Sequence record: NC_049851.1
DNA: 64,000 bases
Direction: 5' to 3' (one strand)
Below are positions 47,773 through 56,589 of this stretch, piece after piece. How positions within the stretch are numbered: position 1 is the stretch's first letter; each line of letters begins with the position of its first letter. The translations under genes were made by a program, and so were the position numbers. The notes under the pieces were generated by a model. That model saw nothing but the letters and a program-made list of their open reading frames with translations, had not been told where the DNA came from and ran no database searches.

Positions 47773-47868
47773 CTGTATCTGATGTATGCTGAGTCACTTT
47801 GGCTCTTTTAGGCCCTGTACGGTGCGTTTTTAATGAAGAAAACAGCATCCTACAGGGCCTTGTTACGT

Positions 47869-49749
47869 CTAGCTCTTGAGCGCGGCACGCTGGTTCTTCA
47901 GCAGCGCAATTTCCGCCTCGATCTCGTGGTTGCCGGGATCGCGTTCCAGCTTCTTGTTGAGACGCACGATCTTGGCGCTGAGGCTTCGGTACAGCTTGAT
48001 ATTGTCGCCCATGGATTCAGCGAACCTGCTGCTGCGTGCCGCCTGATTGACGACGCGTGCTTCGTGCTTCTCCTGAGCCGTTGCCCCGTTGTACGACCAG
48101 CGGTGCATTGAGCCCAGCGCCTCAGTCGTGTCGACCGCGATCTTCGGGTAGTTGTGCATGCGGGCCCGGACTTTTTCCGCAAGCCCCATAGTCGACACAA
48201 TGGCCAACATCCGCTTCTTCGTGTTGTGGTTCCGAATGTTCCCGCGACCAAGAGACTGGATCGCCTTGTCGACCACATAGTCCTCTGCCACGTCATAGTC
48301 AGGGAGCAGCGCCGTCAGCAGTTGATCGAGCAGCGGTGGCGGATTGATGGCGGCCAAGAAGGCAACGACGTTCGAGTGCATGAACTCGTTACGTCCCTCG
48401 ACGGCACCCACACTCAGGTGATGGTAATACTTGCGGTTGAACGCGTGGCTCAGATACTCCTTGTTGACGACGACCACGCCCTGCTGCACCACGTTGTCAC
48501 GTTTGACCGGAGCATTGTCTTTCCACCACGACTTGATCAATCGGTTGCTGGATTTCACCATCCACGCAAACACGTCGACCTCGCACCCGATTTCGCGCAT
48601 GTACGATTCGAGTTCGATTTGCTCGGGTTGCAGAATCCCCTTCTGCACGTCGGGATCGCGTTTGGCCCGCACCAAATCCTGCAAGTGCTCGGTCGTCACA
48701 CCCAACTCTTCCATCTTCAGCTTGAACGGCATCAGCTTTTCCACCGGCATGATGACGCCGCGATCCAACTGGTTCTTGCTCGGCATCGCCTTGTCCATGA
48801 GAAGCGGGACAATCGTCAGCTTCTCGTATCGGGCACTGACCTCCGAATGGGCCTTACCAAAACCGCCCGGCAGATGCTTGTTCAGGAATCGGTCGGTCTC
48901 GTTCTGGACTTGACAGCCCTCCATCTTCAGCAGGTGGTACATCTGACTGTTCTCGAAATCGGCGCTCATGATCATGACGCTCTTGAAGCCAACGAACGGC
49001 TGGCTGGGCAACGTGATCCCGATGAACGAGCGCTTGGAGCCGTGGCCCCGGAACGATCCGAACATCTGCATGCGCACCGGCCCATCATCACCAGTACGCA
49101 GCGCGTCGTATATGTTGACGAGCGTGCCAAACGACCGCGCGTCGCCCTTCATCTTCACGAGACTGGCCAACCGGTTTGCGGGCAGCGAACGCGCGCGCAG
49201 CGTCATCAGGCCCTGCGCCTTCTTCCCGGTAACGCTGACGAGTTCTTCGGTATCGAACAGTTGGTGGAACAGGCGCTCGGTGGGCTCGTCGAACGTCATG
49301 TTCATGTTCTCGGTCACCCACTTGCGCGACTCGTCGAATATGACAGTCGTTTCCTTGAACTTCGGGTGTCGGCGCAACTTGATGAAGGCCGCGTGTGTCA
49401 GGAACAGAATCGAGCCCGGCAGAAAGGGGAGCGGGGCCTTGGTGTCGGTCGAGCGCCCGTCGAGCGCGGCCCGGATTCTCTCGTCGACGGTGGCCGTGGT
49501 CGACGTGTGTTTGTCGGCCGAGCGCGCGTATTCAGCACGTATCATTCGCTGCTCGTTCTCGTCGAGCAGGGCCCGGAGATTACCCAGCGTCTGACGCAAC
49601 AGGGCTTGTGTAGGAGCCACATAGAAAATGTAGCCCGTGCCCTTGACACCCTTCATGCCACGACGGATGTGCTTGGCCATGAAGTTGACGGCAGCACGAG
49701 TCTTGCCAAGTCCGGGAACGCCGGACACGTATTGAACGGTAATGGTCAT
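47869..49749 (-). CDS. SF2-type helicase / origin-binding-like replication protein
   Basis: SGVPGLGKT, VAPT..L, LTHAAF, IFDE, IMSA and QSLGRGNIR motifs. Start reassigned to MTITVQ. Confidence 0.75.
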   Translation of the reverse strand: MTITVQYVSGVPGLGKTRAAVNFMAKHIRRGMKGVKGTGYIFYVAPTQALLRQTLGNLRALLDENEQRMIRAEYARSADKHTSTTATVDERIRAALDGRSTDTKAPLPFLPGSILFLTHAAFIKLRRHPKFKETTVIFDESRKWVTENMNMTFDEPTERLFHQLFDTEELVSVTGKKAQGLMTLRARSLPANRLASLVKMKGDARSFGTLVNIYDALRTGDDGPVRMQMFGSFRGHGSKRSFIGITLPSQPFVGFKSVMIMSADFENSQMYHLLKMEGCQVQNETDRFLNKHLPGGFGKAHSEVSARYEKLTIVPLLMDKAMPSKNQLDRGVIMPVEKLMPFKLKMEELGVTTEHLQDLVRAKRDPDVQKGILQPEQIELESYMREIGCEVDVFAWMVKSSNRLIKSWWKDNAPVKRDNVVQQGVVVVNKEYLSHAFNRKYYHHLSVGAVEGRNEFMHSNVVAFLAAINPPPLLDQLLTALLPDYDVAEDYVVDKAIQSLGRGNIRNHNTKKRMLAIVSTMGLAEKVRARMHNYPKIAVDTTEALGSMHRWSYNGATAQEKHEARVVNQAARSSRFAESMGDNIKLYRSLSAKIVRLNKKLERDPGNHEIEAEIALLKNQRAALKS

Positions 49750-49919
49750 TTGTAGAAACGTACAAACGGTTGAGGTACTGTAAAATTGGGGATCTGGGGT
49801 CAGGTCATGGCTCGGGTCCTCTAGGACGCGGAAATAAGGTGAAAAAGTGCAATAATTGAGATAGGTGTAGAAACGCCTCGCTCCTAAATACATTAAGGAG
49901 TGACCCATTTACACGCAGG

Positions 49920-50310
49920 GTGGGTTCGGGAGGGGCGCAGCCCCTTCCGGTGGGGTGAGCGCAGCGAACCCCTCACCGATCAATTCACGCAGCAACGTGT
50001 TCAACAAGGGGTCTCGTGTCTGCTCTGGGAATGCGTGTCGCTTCGCTCCACGCTGCCCACTCGCTTCGCTCGTGATTGCTGTCGCTCAGCCGGGGCTGCG
50101 CCCCGTCAACCTAGGTGCCCGGCCCGAACGTGGTTTTGACGCATTCTATTAGGAGTGGGTCGTTTATACTCACGCTCCTGAAATGCTTGTTTTTTACGCT
50201 TATTTTGAAAAACAACGAAAAACCCCAAAAACGAGGGTTCTTGGGGTCTTGATGTGTGTTCCCTTACTTTGGGGTTTTAAGCATCGATTCCGCGTGTTTT
50301 TAATGAGAAA
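49920..50310. other. Structured non-coding region; candidate replication origin
   Basis: 13-bp inverted repeat GGGGCGCAGCCCC (49932/50092), GCGNAGC mini-hairpins, TCGCTTCGCTC x2, and an adjacent A/T-tract region. Confidence 0.5.
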
Positions 50311-50319
50311 AACTACACG

Positions 50320-51982
50320 CTATTCGGGCTTAATCTGGGCTCCGCATGACGGGCAGAAGTTGAGGTGTACGACCTTCCTCACGTTCCAGTCCCCGTACTC
50401 GATGGTGTGCTCCCACAGTTCGACGAACGGGTCGTAGGTCCGCAACTGATCCGTGACCCCGAGCCCGGCCCTTACGTCTTGCAGGTATTGTGCACGCTCC
50501 GTGCAGCACGCCGTCATCAGTCGAGGTCCGCACGCAGTTGCGTGTACAGGTCGACCGCCTTCTTGGTCGGCGCGTACGCCTGCTCGAACGAGCGGCCGCC
50601 ATCCGCAAGCGTCGCCTGCATGATCGGGACCGCGAACCCGTTCTCGACCAGAAAGTCGACGGACGCCGGGTTGATCGTGGACTGGGCGACGGGCCCGTGG
50701 TCGATCATGATGTTGAGCGTGTTGATCACGGCCTGCAACCGATCCTGAGACAGATCGATCAACTCGTACGTCAGATCGTCGTACTCGTGAACCTGCGTCA
50801 TCGTGTCGCGCAGATCGCGGTAGATTTCGTTGACCGTGTTGCTCGGCACCTGCGCGAGACGCGGCAGGATGCTCGTGTGCACGACGTGGGCCAGATGGGA
50901 GAGCCGGGCCATGCGCTGGCCCACGATCAGTTCCGCTGCTGTTTGCGTTGTCATGTTTTTCTCCTTAGAACATTTCCAGTTCGGCGTTGGCCGACACGAA
51001 ATACGTCTTACCACACTCGTCGCATTCCTGCTCGACGCCGCGCGGATCGCCGTACCAGCCGTCCTGCTCTTCACCGCAGTACGGACAGTTGATGTGCATG
51101 GCCTTGACCGTGACCGTCTGGACAATGCGCTTGCCGTCAGCCGTGGTCGGCGGTTCCTTACCGGCCAACAGCCCGGTTTCCTTGTCGCTCATTTTCTCTC
51201 CTTGCGTTGTAAGTTTCGATCTGCATCAGATGACGACGCACTTCCACCAACGTCGAGTGAAAGTTGCGGCGCACGCGACTCTGGTTCCCAAGCAGGTAGA
51301 AAATCTCGTATCCGGTTTCCCATTCGTAGCTGCCATCCAGTTGCTGAACGCGACCGGCCCACGGACGAAAGTGCGGCTTTTCACGAATCTGGGCGGCAGT
51401 ACGCGGGCACCCGGTCCCCGGATGGCGCACCATCCTGTTGGCTGAGAGCATGGCGTGCACTCGCCCGATTGCGCCGTCGAGCGTGCGGTGTACGGTGGTG
51501 CGCGGACGCTGCTGCATCCCACACGTGCCCCGCACGGTCCATCGACCCTGCTGAAACTTCATATGCGGCTTCGGGTGGTATCGCATGTTACCTCCGTTGA
51601 ATAGATGCCGCCATTCTAGTGACAGCCGATTACGCGGTCAAGCGCGAAATTCCAATGTTGTCCAGTTCCACCCGATACTGGTGAAAAAGTCGTAGATCGA
51701 CCGATGGCTCTTGCTCTCGACATGCCGCAACGGATTGTCCGGCACGTAGTCCCAGCCGTCTGCGTACGCGTTCCAGTCACCGATGTCCATGTAGGTCGTG
51801 AACTTCCGGAATCCGGGCACCCGGTTCTTCATGTTCTGGCGCACGCGTTCCACCTGCGCGCGACGCCAGCCGCTGAGTGCGGTAGCCGCGTGGTAGCGTC
51901 CGACTTCCCCGAGCCCAGGGATGCCAATGTCGTGCAACACGTGCGGCTGCGTATGCCACTCAAGCACGTAGATTCGATCCAT
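50320..51982 (-). other. Five small hypothetical genes (50320-50517 Zn-finger, 50517-50954, 50965-51192 Zn-ribbon CPYC/CDEC, 51158-51586, 51638-51982)
   Basis: AAGGAG/GGAGG RBSs and coupled junctions. Confidence 0.6.
51613..51641 (-). promoter_or_regulatory. sigma70-type promoter
   Basis: TTGACC-17-TAGAAT; the -10 is flanked by a G:T-containing GCTGTCA/TGGCGGC stem. Confidence 0.75.
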
Positions 51983-51990
51983 GTCTCTCC

Positions 51991-52335
51991 TTACCAGTTT
52001 TCGATCATCCAGTACACCCACGCCATCCGCGTCTTTCTGAGCAGCGGGTCGGCGTCGGTGGTCCGGATACGGTGCTGCCACCACAGCCACTCGTCCAGTC
52101 CGGAACAGCGGTCGAGTAACCGGGCGACACGGACGATCAGATTGTCGACCGCGTTGTTGATTTCTCGATCCGTGAACTCTTGGCGTAGGCCACCGGACGC
52201 CCGGTAGATGGCGCTGCACACACGGTCAGCCTGCCTGTCTTCGAGCCACATGTAGGCACGGCACAGGATACGGCGTTGCAAGTCCGTGATGCCAAGCTTT
52301 TCCGCGAACTCGATCTTTTGCTGTTCACCACGCAT
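51991..52335 (-). CDS. IC...RxAW paralogue, array member 13
   Basis: RVCSAI...LDEWL...TRMAWVYWMIENW. Confidence 0.85.
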   Translation of the reverse strand: MRGEQQKIEFAEKLGITDLQRRILCRAYMWLEDRQADRVCSAIYRASGGLRQEFTDREINNAVDNLIVRVARLLDRCSGLDEWLWWQHRIRTTDADPLLRKTRMAWVYWMIENW

Positions 52336-52649
52336 CACCAGTTCTCCAACATGAACTGAGTCCACGCGATCCGCGACTCCTGAACCCACTTGTGATTCTG
52401 CGAATAGGCTGGGTAGCCGCGCCGTGCCAGCCAGTCCGTGTATGAGATACAGCAGTCGATTTCGTTGTGGATGCGCCGCGACAAATCGCGCTCGGCCGCA
52501 AACAGGGCACGACGCTCGGACGATTTCGGCATCCGTTCCGCAATGATGTCATTGACTCCGTGCCCGATAGCGCCGCAGATGTACGTGTTGTTCCCGGCGC
52601 GCAGGTGGTGGAGAGCACGAACCAACAGTTCTCGATGCAACTCGTTCAT
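52335..52649 (-). CDS. IC...RxAW paralogue, array member 12
   Basis: YICGAI...YTDWL...SRIAWTQFMLENW. Confidence 0.85.
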   Translation of the reverse strand: MNELHRELLVRALHHLRAGNNTYICGAIGHGVNDIIAERMPKSSERRALFAAERDLSRRIHNEIDCCISYTDWLARRGYPAYSQNHKWVQESRIAWTQFMLENW

Positions 52650-53026
52650 ACCCAGTTCTCCAGCATGAAATCCATCCACGCGATGCGCGACTCACGCAGT
52701 TTCGCCGTGTCCTGATCATCGATGTGAACCTGACCGGTGTGATACAGCCACGCCGAATAGCTGCCAACCGGACTCAGGGCCGCGTGGATACGCGTGGTCA
52801 GCCGGTCTGTTGCCTCAGCCAGATACCGGAACTGATCGCGGCGTTCGCGCTCCGTGATCATGCCCGTCCGCTGCATTTGGCGGACACTGCGCATACATTC
52901 CTCACGTGCCTCGAACAGTGCAAAGCAGATCATGGAGTTACGGCCGTCGACCATGCGATCACGTGCGACGCGTAGCACACAGCGTGCCGTGTATCGGATT
53001 TTTGCGTTGTTGAATTCTTCGGTCAT
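52646..53026 (-). CDS. IC...RxAW paralogue, array member 11
   Basis: MICFAL...YSAWL...SRIAWMDFMLENWV. Confidence 0.85.
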   Translation of the reverse strand: MTEEFNNAKIRYTARCVLRVARDRMVDGRNSMICFALFEAREECMRSVRQMQRTGMITERERRDQFRYLAEATDRLTTRIHAALSPVGSYSAWLYHTGQVHIDDQDTAKLRESRIAWMDFMLENWV

Positions 53027-53427
53027 ACCCAGTTCTCCAGCATGAAATCCATCCACGCGATGCGGGTGGCGCGTCGGGCCTCTACGCTACTGTGGCCCGT
53101 CCCGTACGGAATGCCGTGCCGCATTTGCAGCCACGAGTCTAAGGAACTTGCGCCCCCAAGCTCCTGACGAATGCGAGTCGCCAGTTTCTTGTGTGCGAGC
53201 CCGATGTATTCGAGCGCCGCAGCCCCATCTTCCACCGTGATCGTGTCCGCGTTCACCTTCTGCTCGACGATAGTGCTGTGTTCCTCAGCCACGTTTGCGA
53301 GGGCAAAACAAATCATGCTGCTCTGCTTTCGCACGATGCGGAGCCGCGCGCACACCAAGAGCAAACGTGCGTAGTTCTTAACGGCGTGAGCCTCTACAAT
53401 ATCGTCGACTTCTTGTGTTTCGCTCAT
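53023..53427 (-). CDS. IC...RxAW paralogue, array member 10
   Basis: MICFAL...LDSWL...TRIAWMDFMLENWV. Confidence 0.85.
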   Translation of the reverse strand: MSETQEVDDIVEAHAVKNYARLLLVCARLRIVRKQSSMICFALANVAEEHSTIVEQKVNADTITVEDGAAALEYIGLAHKKLATRIRQELGGASSLDSWLQMRHGIPYGTGHSSVEARRATRIAWMDFMLENWV

Positions 53428-53807
53428 ACCCAGTTCTCCAGCATGAAGTTGATCCACGCTAAACGCGTGACCCGCAGCGGCTCCCGGAGTTCTCGGGCCT
53501 TGAGTCTGCGCGGCAGGCATCCCTTGTTCAGAATCCACGACGTAAGCGACGTGTAGCCCTGCAACTCGGTGATGATACGATGTTGCAGAGCATCACGGGC
53601 TGCGTTCATAACGTCGATCACGTGGTTGCACTCGGTGGCTGTCAGGCATCCGCGCAGTAGCGCGTCCTTGGCCGCCGACACGTGGTTGTCCTTTACGACC
53701 GAGATTGCGACACAGATGTACTGCGACCGGCCTTCCTCGAATCGTTCACGTGCACCTTGCAACAGTGTCCGAGCCGCTGACCGAATTTCGTCATGCGTGG
53801 GCGTCAT
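53424..53807 (-). CDS. IC...RxAW paralogue, array member 9
   Basis: YICVAI...LTSWI...TRLAWINFMLENWV. Confidence 0.85.
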   Translation of the reverse strand: MTPTHDEIRSAARTLLQGARERFEEGRSQYICVAISVVKDNHVSAAKDALLRGCLTATECNHVIDVMNAARDALQHRIITELQGYTSLTSWILNKGCLPRRLKARELREPLRVTRLAWINFMLENWV

Positions 53808-54139
53808 GCGGCCTCCACCTGCTCGATCATCCACTGGACCCATACGATGCGGGTCTCGCGGATTCCCTTCAGGTCGTAGTACGGATCGTTGCTGTTACGC
53901 AGTTGCCGGGACGACCAGCCGTTGAGCGTAGTGTACGGGTAGATCAGGATATTGATCCACGCACCCAGATCACGCCGGGCACACACGAGATCGTTCAGCG
54001 TGTAGTTCTGGTTCGGGAGCAGGAGATTCAGGTACTTGTAGGCGCGATCCAGTGCGTTGCACAGGAACTCTTCATCCTTGTTGCGGATATAGCCCTTCGC
54101 CAATTGCAGCAGCCGGATTTTCAGCGCTTTGTGTTGCAT
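53804..54139 (-). CDS. IC...RxAW paralogue, array member 8
   Basis: GGAGGTGA RBS; FLCNAL...LNGW...TRIVWVQWMIEQ. Confidence 0.85.
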   Translation of the reverse strand: MQHKALKIRLLQLAKGYIRNKDEEFLCNALDRAYKYLNLLLPNQNYTLNDLVCARRDLGAWINILIYPYTTLNGWSSRQLRNSNDPYYDLKGIRETRIVWVQWMIEQVEAA

Positions 54140-54154
54140 GGTCACCTCCAAAAG

Positions 54155-54204
54155 AAAACGAGTTGCAAGAATACAGCGCGGGCCGTACCTTGTCAACTCG
54201 TTTT
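54155..54204 (-). promoter_or_regulatory. Terminator-promoter junction inside the paralogue array
   Basis: TTGACA-17-TATTCT. AAAACGAGTTGACAAG / CTTGCAACTCGTTTT arms cover -35 and flank -10, followed by a T-tract. Confidence 0.8.
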
Positions 54205-54206
54205 CA

Positions 54207-54521
54207 TCACTTCCAGTTATCCAGCATCCACTGAATCCACGCGATCCGCGTTTCTTGTGTGAGCGCTGCCGGAAGGTAGCGCTGGTTGTAGCCGGTTTCC
54301 TTCTCGATGTACGATTCCAGTGTCCACCGGAAACCCATCTGATCGCGCTCGGCACCCATGGCCGCAGCCAGAATTCCATACACGTGCTCGCGCAGGTCCT
54401 CGGCGGTATCGACCATGTTGCGCTCACGCCCGATCTTGGAGATCAGGCAGCACACGAAGTCGTCACCACGCAGCAGCCGTCGCTGTACCTCTTCCAGAAT
54501 CTGGCGGTATTCAGCCTTCAT
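54207..54521 (-). CDS. IC...RxAW paralogue, array member 7
   Basis: FVCCLI...LESYI...TRIAWIQWMLDNWK. Confidence 0.85.
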   Translation of the reverse strand: MKAEYRQILEEVQRRLLRGDDFVCCLISKIGRERNMVDTAEDLREHVYGILAAAMGAERDQMGFRWTLESYIEKETGYNQRYLPAALTQETRIAWIQWMLDNWK

Positions 54522-54747
54522 GCGGCTGCTCCGGGTGCTTGAGGCGACCACGCGGTTCTTCGTCGTTTTCCGCGCGCTCGACACCGACCGTGTAATTCGC
54601 AGTCGAGGCCGTTACGGTGGCCAGCACCGCAGTGAGTTCGACCGGCGTCAGCCCGTGCTTGGAGGCGAGGCCCTGCATGAACGTGTACAGTTCTGAGGTT
54701 GCGAGTGCGACACCCCAATGTCGCTCGTGAATCGGCATCAGTCCCAT
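54511..54747 (-). CDS. Unrelated small hypothetical protein inserted in the array
   Basis: Coupled at both ends; lacks the family motifs. Confidence 0.6.
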   Translation of the reverse strand: MGLMPIHERHWGVALATSELYTFMQGLASKHGLTPVELTAVLATVTASTANYTVGVERAENDEEPRGRLKHPEQPHEG

Positions 54748-55055
54748 TATGCCCAGTTCTCCATCATGTAGGTGAGCCACTGGACACGCGTTTCCTTCAT
54801 GTCACGCTTGTCCAGACGCTGGTGACCAGTGCACAGGCGCACGAAGTCGTCGAGGACAACCGGCTGATCTTCCGGGGTCCGTGTGCAGTTACGCAGAATC
54901 TGCGTCACGTGCGTGCGCAGCACCTCAGCCGCGTCCGGTGCGTTCAGGTGGTTGCCAGCGATACGGATTGCCGTACACACGAGCATCACACTGTCCGTCT
55001 CGATCAGATCGCGCGCCTTTTCCAGAATGCGGTAGTAGGTGTCACGCATCTGCAT
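54747..55055 (-). CDS. IC...RxAW paralogue, array member 6
   Basis: LVCTAI...TRVQWLTYMMENWA. Confidence 0.85.
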   Translation of the reverse strand: MQMRDTYYRILEKARDLIETDSVMLVCTAIRIAGNHLNAPDAAEVLRTHVTQILRNCTRTPEDQPVVLDDFVRLCTGHQRLDKRDMKETRVQWLTYMMENWA

Positions 55056-55500
55056 CTTTCCCCTTCTGCTCTTGTTCCTCGGCCGCGATGCGCGCCAATT
55101 CGCGGGTGAAATCGATATCCTGCTCCACCATCCACCGGGCCCAAATGGCACGCGTCTTCTGGAGGTCTTCGAACACAAGTCCCGCTGCCTCGTACCCGTG
55201 GACGCGGTGAAGCCATGCTTCGAGCGTGTCCCCATCACCCAGCACCTTACTGATGTACCACACAATCTCGCTGGCTTCTGCGCTGATGGTGGTGCCCTCG
55301 ATTTCCAGTGCGTTGAAGAACGAACCGGGACCATTCACCGTGTCACGCCCGGACTGCTCGCGATTAATCTGGACAGCCGCAGCCTCGATTGCGTGGCATA
55401 GGAACGAGTGAACGTTCCCGCTATGCGAATTCTGGCCCGGGCCATTTTCGAGCACCAGTTGCGCTGCACGCAGCAGAAGTTGCTTTTGGATTTCTTTCAT
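55042..55500 (-). CDS. IC...RxAW paralogue, array member 5 (C-terminally extended)
   Basis: FLCHAIE...LEAWL...TRAIWARWMVEQ. Confidence 0.8.
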   Translation of the reverse strand: MKEIQKQLLLRAAQLVLENGPGQNSHSGNVHSFLCHAIEAAAVQINREQSGRDTVNGPGSFFNALEIEGTTISAEASEIVWYISKVLGDGDTLEAWLHRVHGYEAAGLVFEDLQKTRAIWARWMVEQDIDFTRELARIAAEEQEQKGKDADA

Positions 55501-55502
55501 TG

Positions 55503-55859
55503 TCATTCTCCCATCATGTGACGGAGCCACGCGAGGCGGCCAAGCTTTGTTAGTTCAGCGCACGCCGTGCCCGGGGTCAGCCCCATAGCGTCCTCGACCC
55601 AGCCTTCGTAGGTCATGAAGCCCTTGATTTGGGCCTGTACGAACTCCACTAGTTCGGCTGCTGCCTGAACGTATTCGCGCTGCTCCTTCGTTTCCAAGCG
55701 CCGCCCATGCAGGCCGTCGAAGTAGCCGGTGCTCAAGCCCGTCATGATGTTGCCAGCGCCCTCGATTGCGTGGCATAGGAAGTGGTGCTGATCGTAGCGC
55801 GCGGACTCGATCACCAGTTGGTGCGCGAGTGCCAGAATCTCGTATTTCTTGCTCTTCAT
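55503..55859 (-). CDS. IC...RxAW paralogue, array member 4
   Basis: FLCHAIE...YEGWV...GRLAWLRHMMGE. Confidence 0.85.
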   Translation of the reverse strand: MKSKKYEILALAHQLVIESARYDQHHFLCHAIEGAGNIMTGLSTGYFDGLHGRRLETKEQREYVQAAAELVEFVQAQIKGFMTYEGWVEDAMGLTPGTACAELTKLGRLAWLRHMMGE

Positions 55860-56209
55860 TGCCAGTTGTTCTCCATCATCCACGTGATCCACGCAAGGCG
55901 CGTTGCCCGCATCTTCACTTGTTGTTCAGGGGCCGCCATGCTGGCCAGCGTCAGTTCCGGATGCCCGTTTTCGCGCAGCCACACTTCGAGCGTGTGAGCG
56001 CGTGAGCCATCCTTCAACTCCAGCAGGTTACCGATGTGGTAGTCGATATCCAACTCTGCGATATGATACGCTTCTTGCTCTTGCGCCGTCAAATCAGCCG
56101 TGAGTTGGGTGACTGCCCACTGAACGGCGCTGCACACGAATTCCTCGTTGCGCGCCTGAATCAGGTCCCATGCGGCACGCAGGATTTCCCGGTGAATGTT
56201 CTTCTGCAT
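55856..56209 (-). CDS. IC...RxAW paralogue, array member 3
   Basis: FVCSAV...LEVWL...TRLAWITWMMENNWQ. Confidence 0.85.
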   Translation of the reverse strand: MQKNIHREILRAAWDLIQARNEEFVCSAVQWAVTQLTADLTAQEQEAYHIAELDIDYHIGNLLELKDGSRAHTLEVWLRENGHPELTLASMAAPEQQVKMRATRLAWITWMMENNWQ

Positions 56210-56586
56210 CACCAGTTCTCCAGCATGTGCCGTACCCACGCGATGCGAACTTCACGCGTTCGCACGATGTGCTCGACTTTCGTCACCAGATCGTAGAGCG
56301 GAATGCCCAGCTTCTTTTCCAGATAGCTGTCGATGGTGCAGGAACCCGGAACCTCGCGGTCGAGAGCCGCGTTGATCGAGTTGTAGAGGGAGCGCGAGGC
56401 CACGCGCATTTCCTGCGAGCGCGCAGTCGGCCAACGCCACATGGCACGGTGGTTGACGGAATCGCCGCCCAGCGCGCTACCCGCGCTGGCCACATGGCCG
56501 CAGATCAGGGTTCGCTGGTCGACCGGTGTTGCGATAAGCCTTTCGAGTACCACTTCGAGGATTTCACGTTCTTGCGATGTCAGCAT
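56209..56586 (-). CDS. IC...RxAW paralogue, array member 2
   Basis: LICGHV...IDSYL...VRIAWVRHMLENW. Confidence 0.85.
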   Translation of the reverse strand: MLTSQEREILEVVLERLIATPVDQRTLICGHVASAGSALGGDSVNHRAMWRWPTARSQEMRVASRSLYNSINAALDREVPGSCTIDSYLEKKLGIPLYDLVTKVEHIVRTREVRIAWVRHMLENW

Positions 56587-56589
56587 CCA

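Noticed and set aside
52335-53450. Regularly spaced 24-42 bp direct repeats read as a CRISPR array
   Set aside because: The spacing is ~310-400 bp, the intervening DNA is full coding genes, and the repeats are gene 3' ends. No cas1 or cas2 is present.
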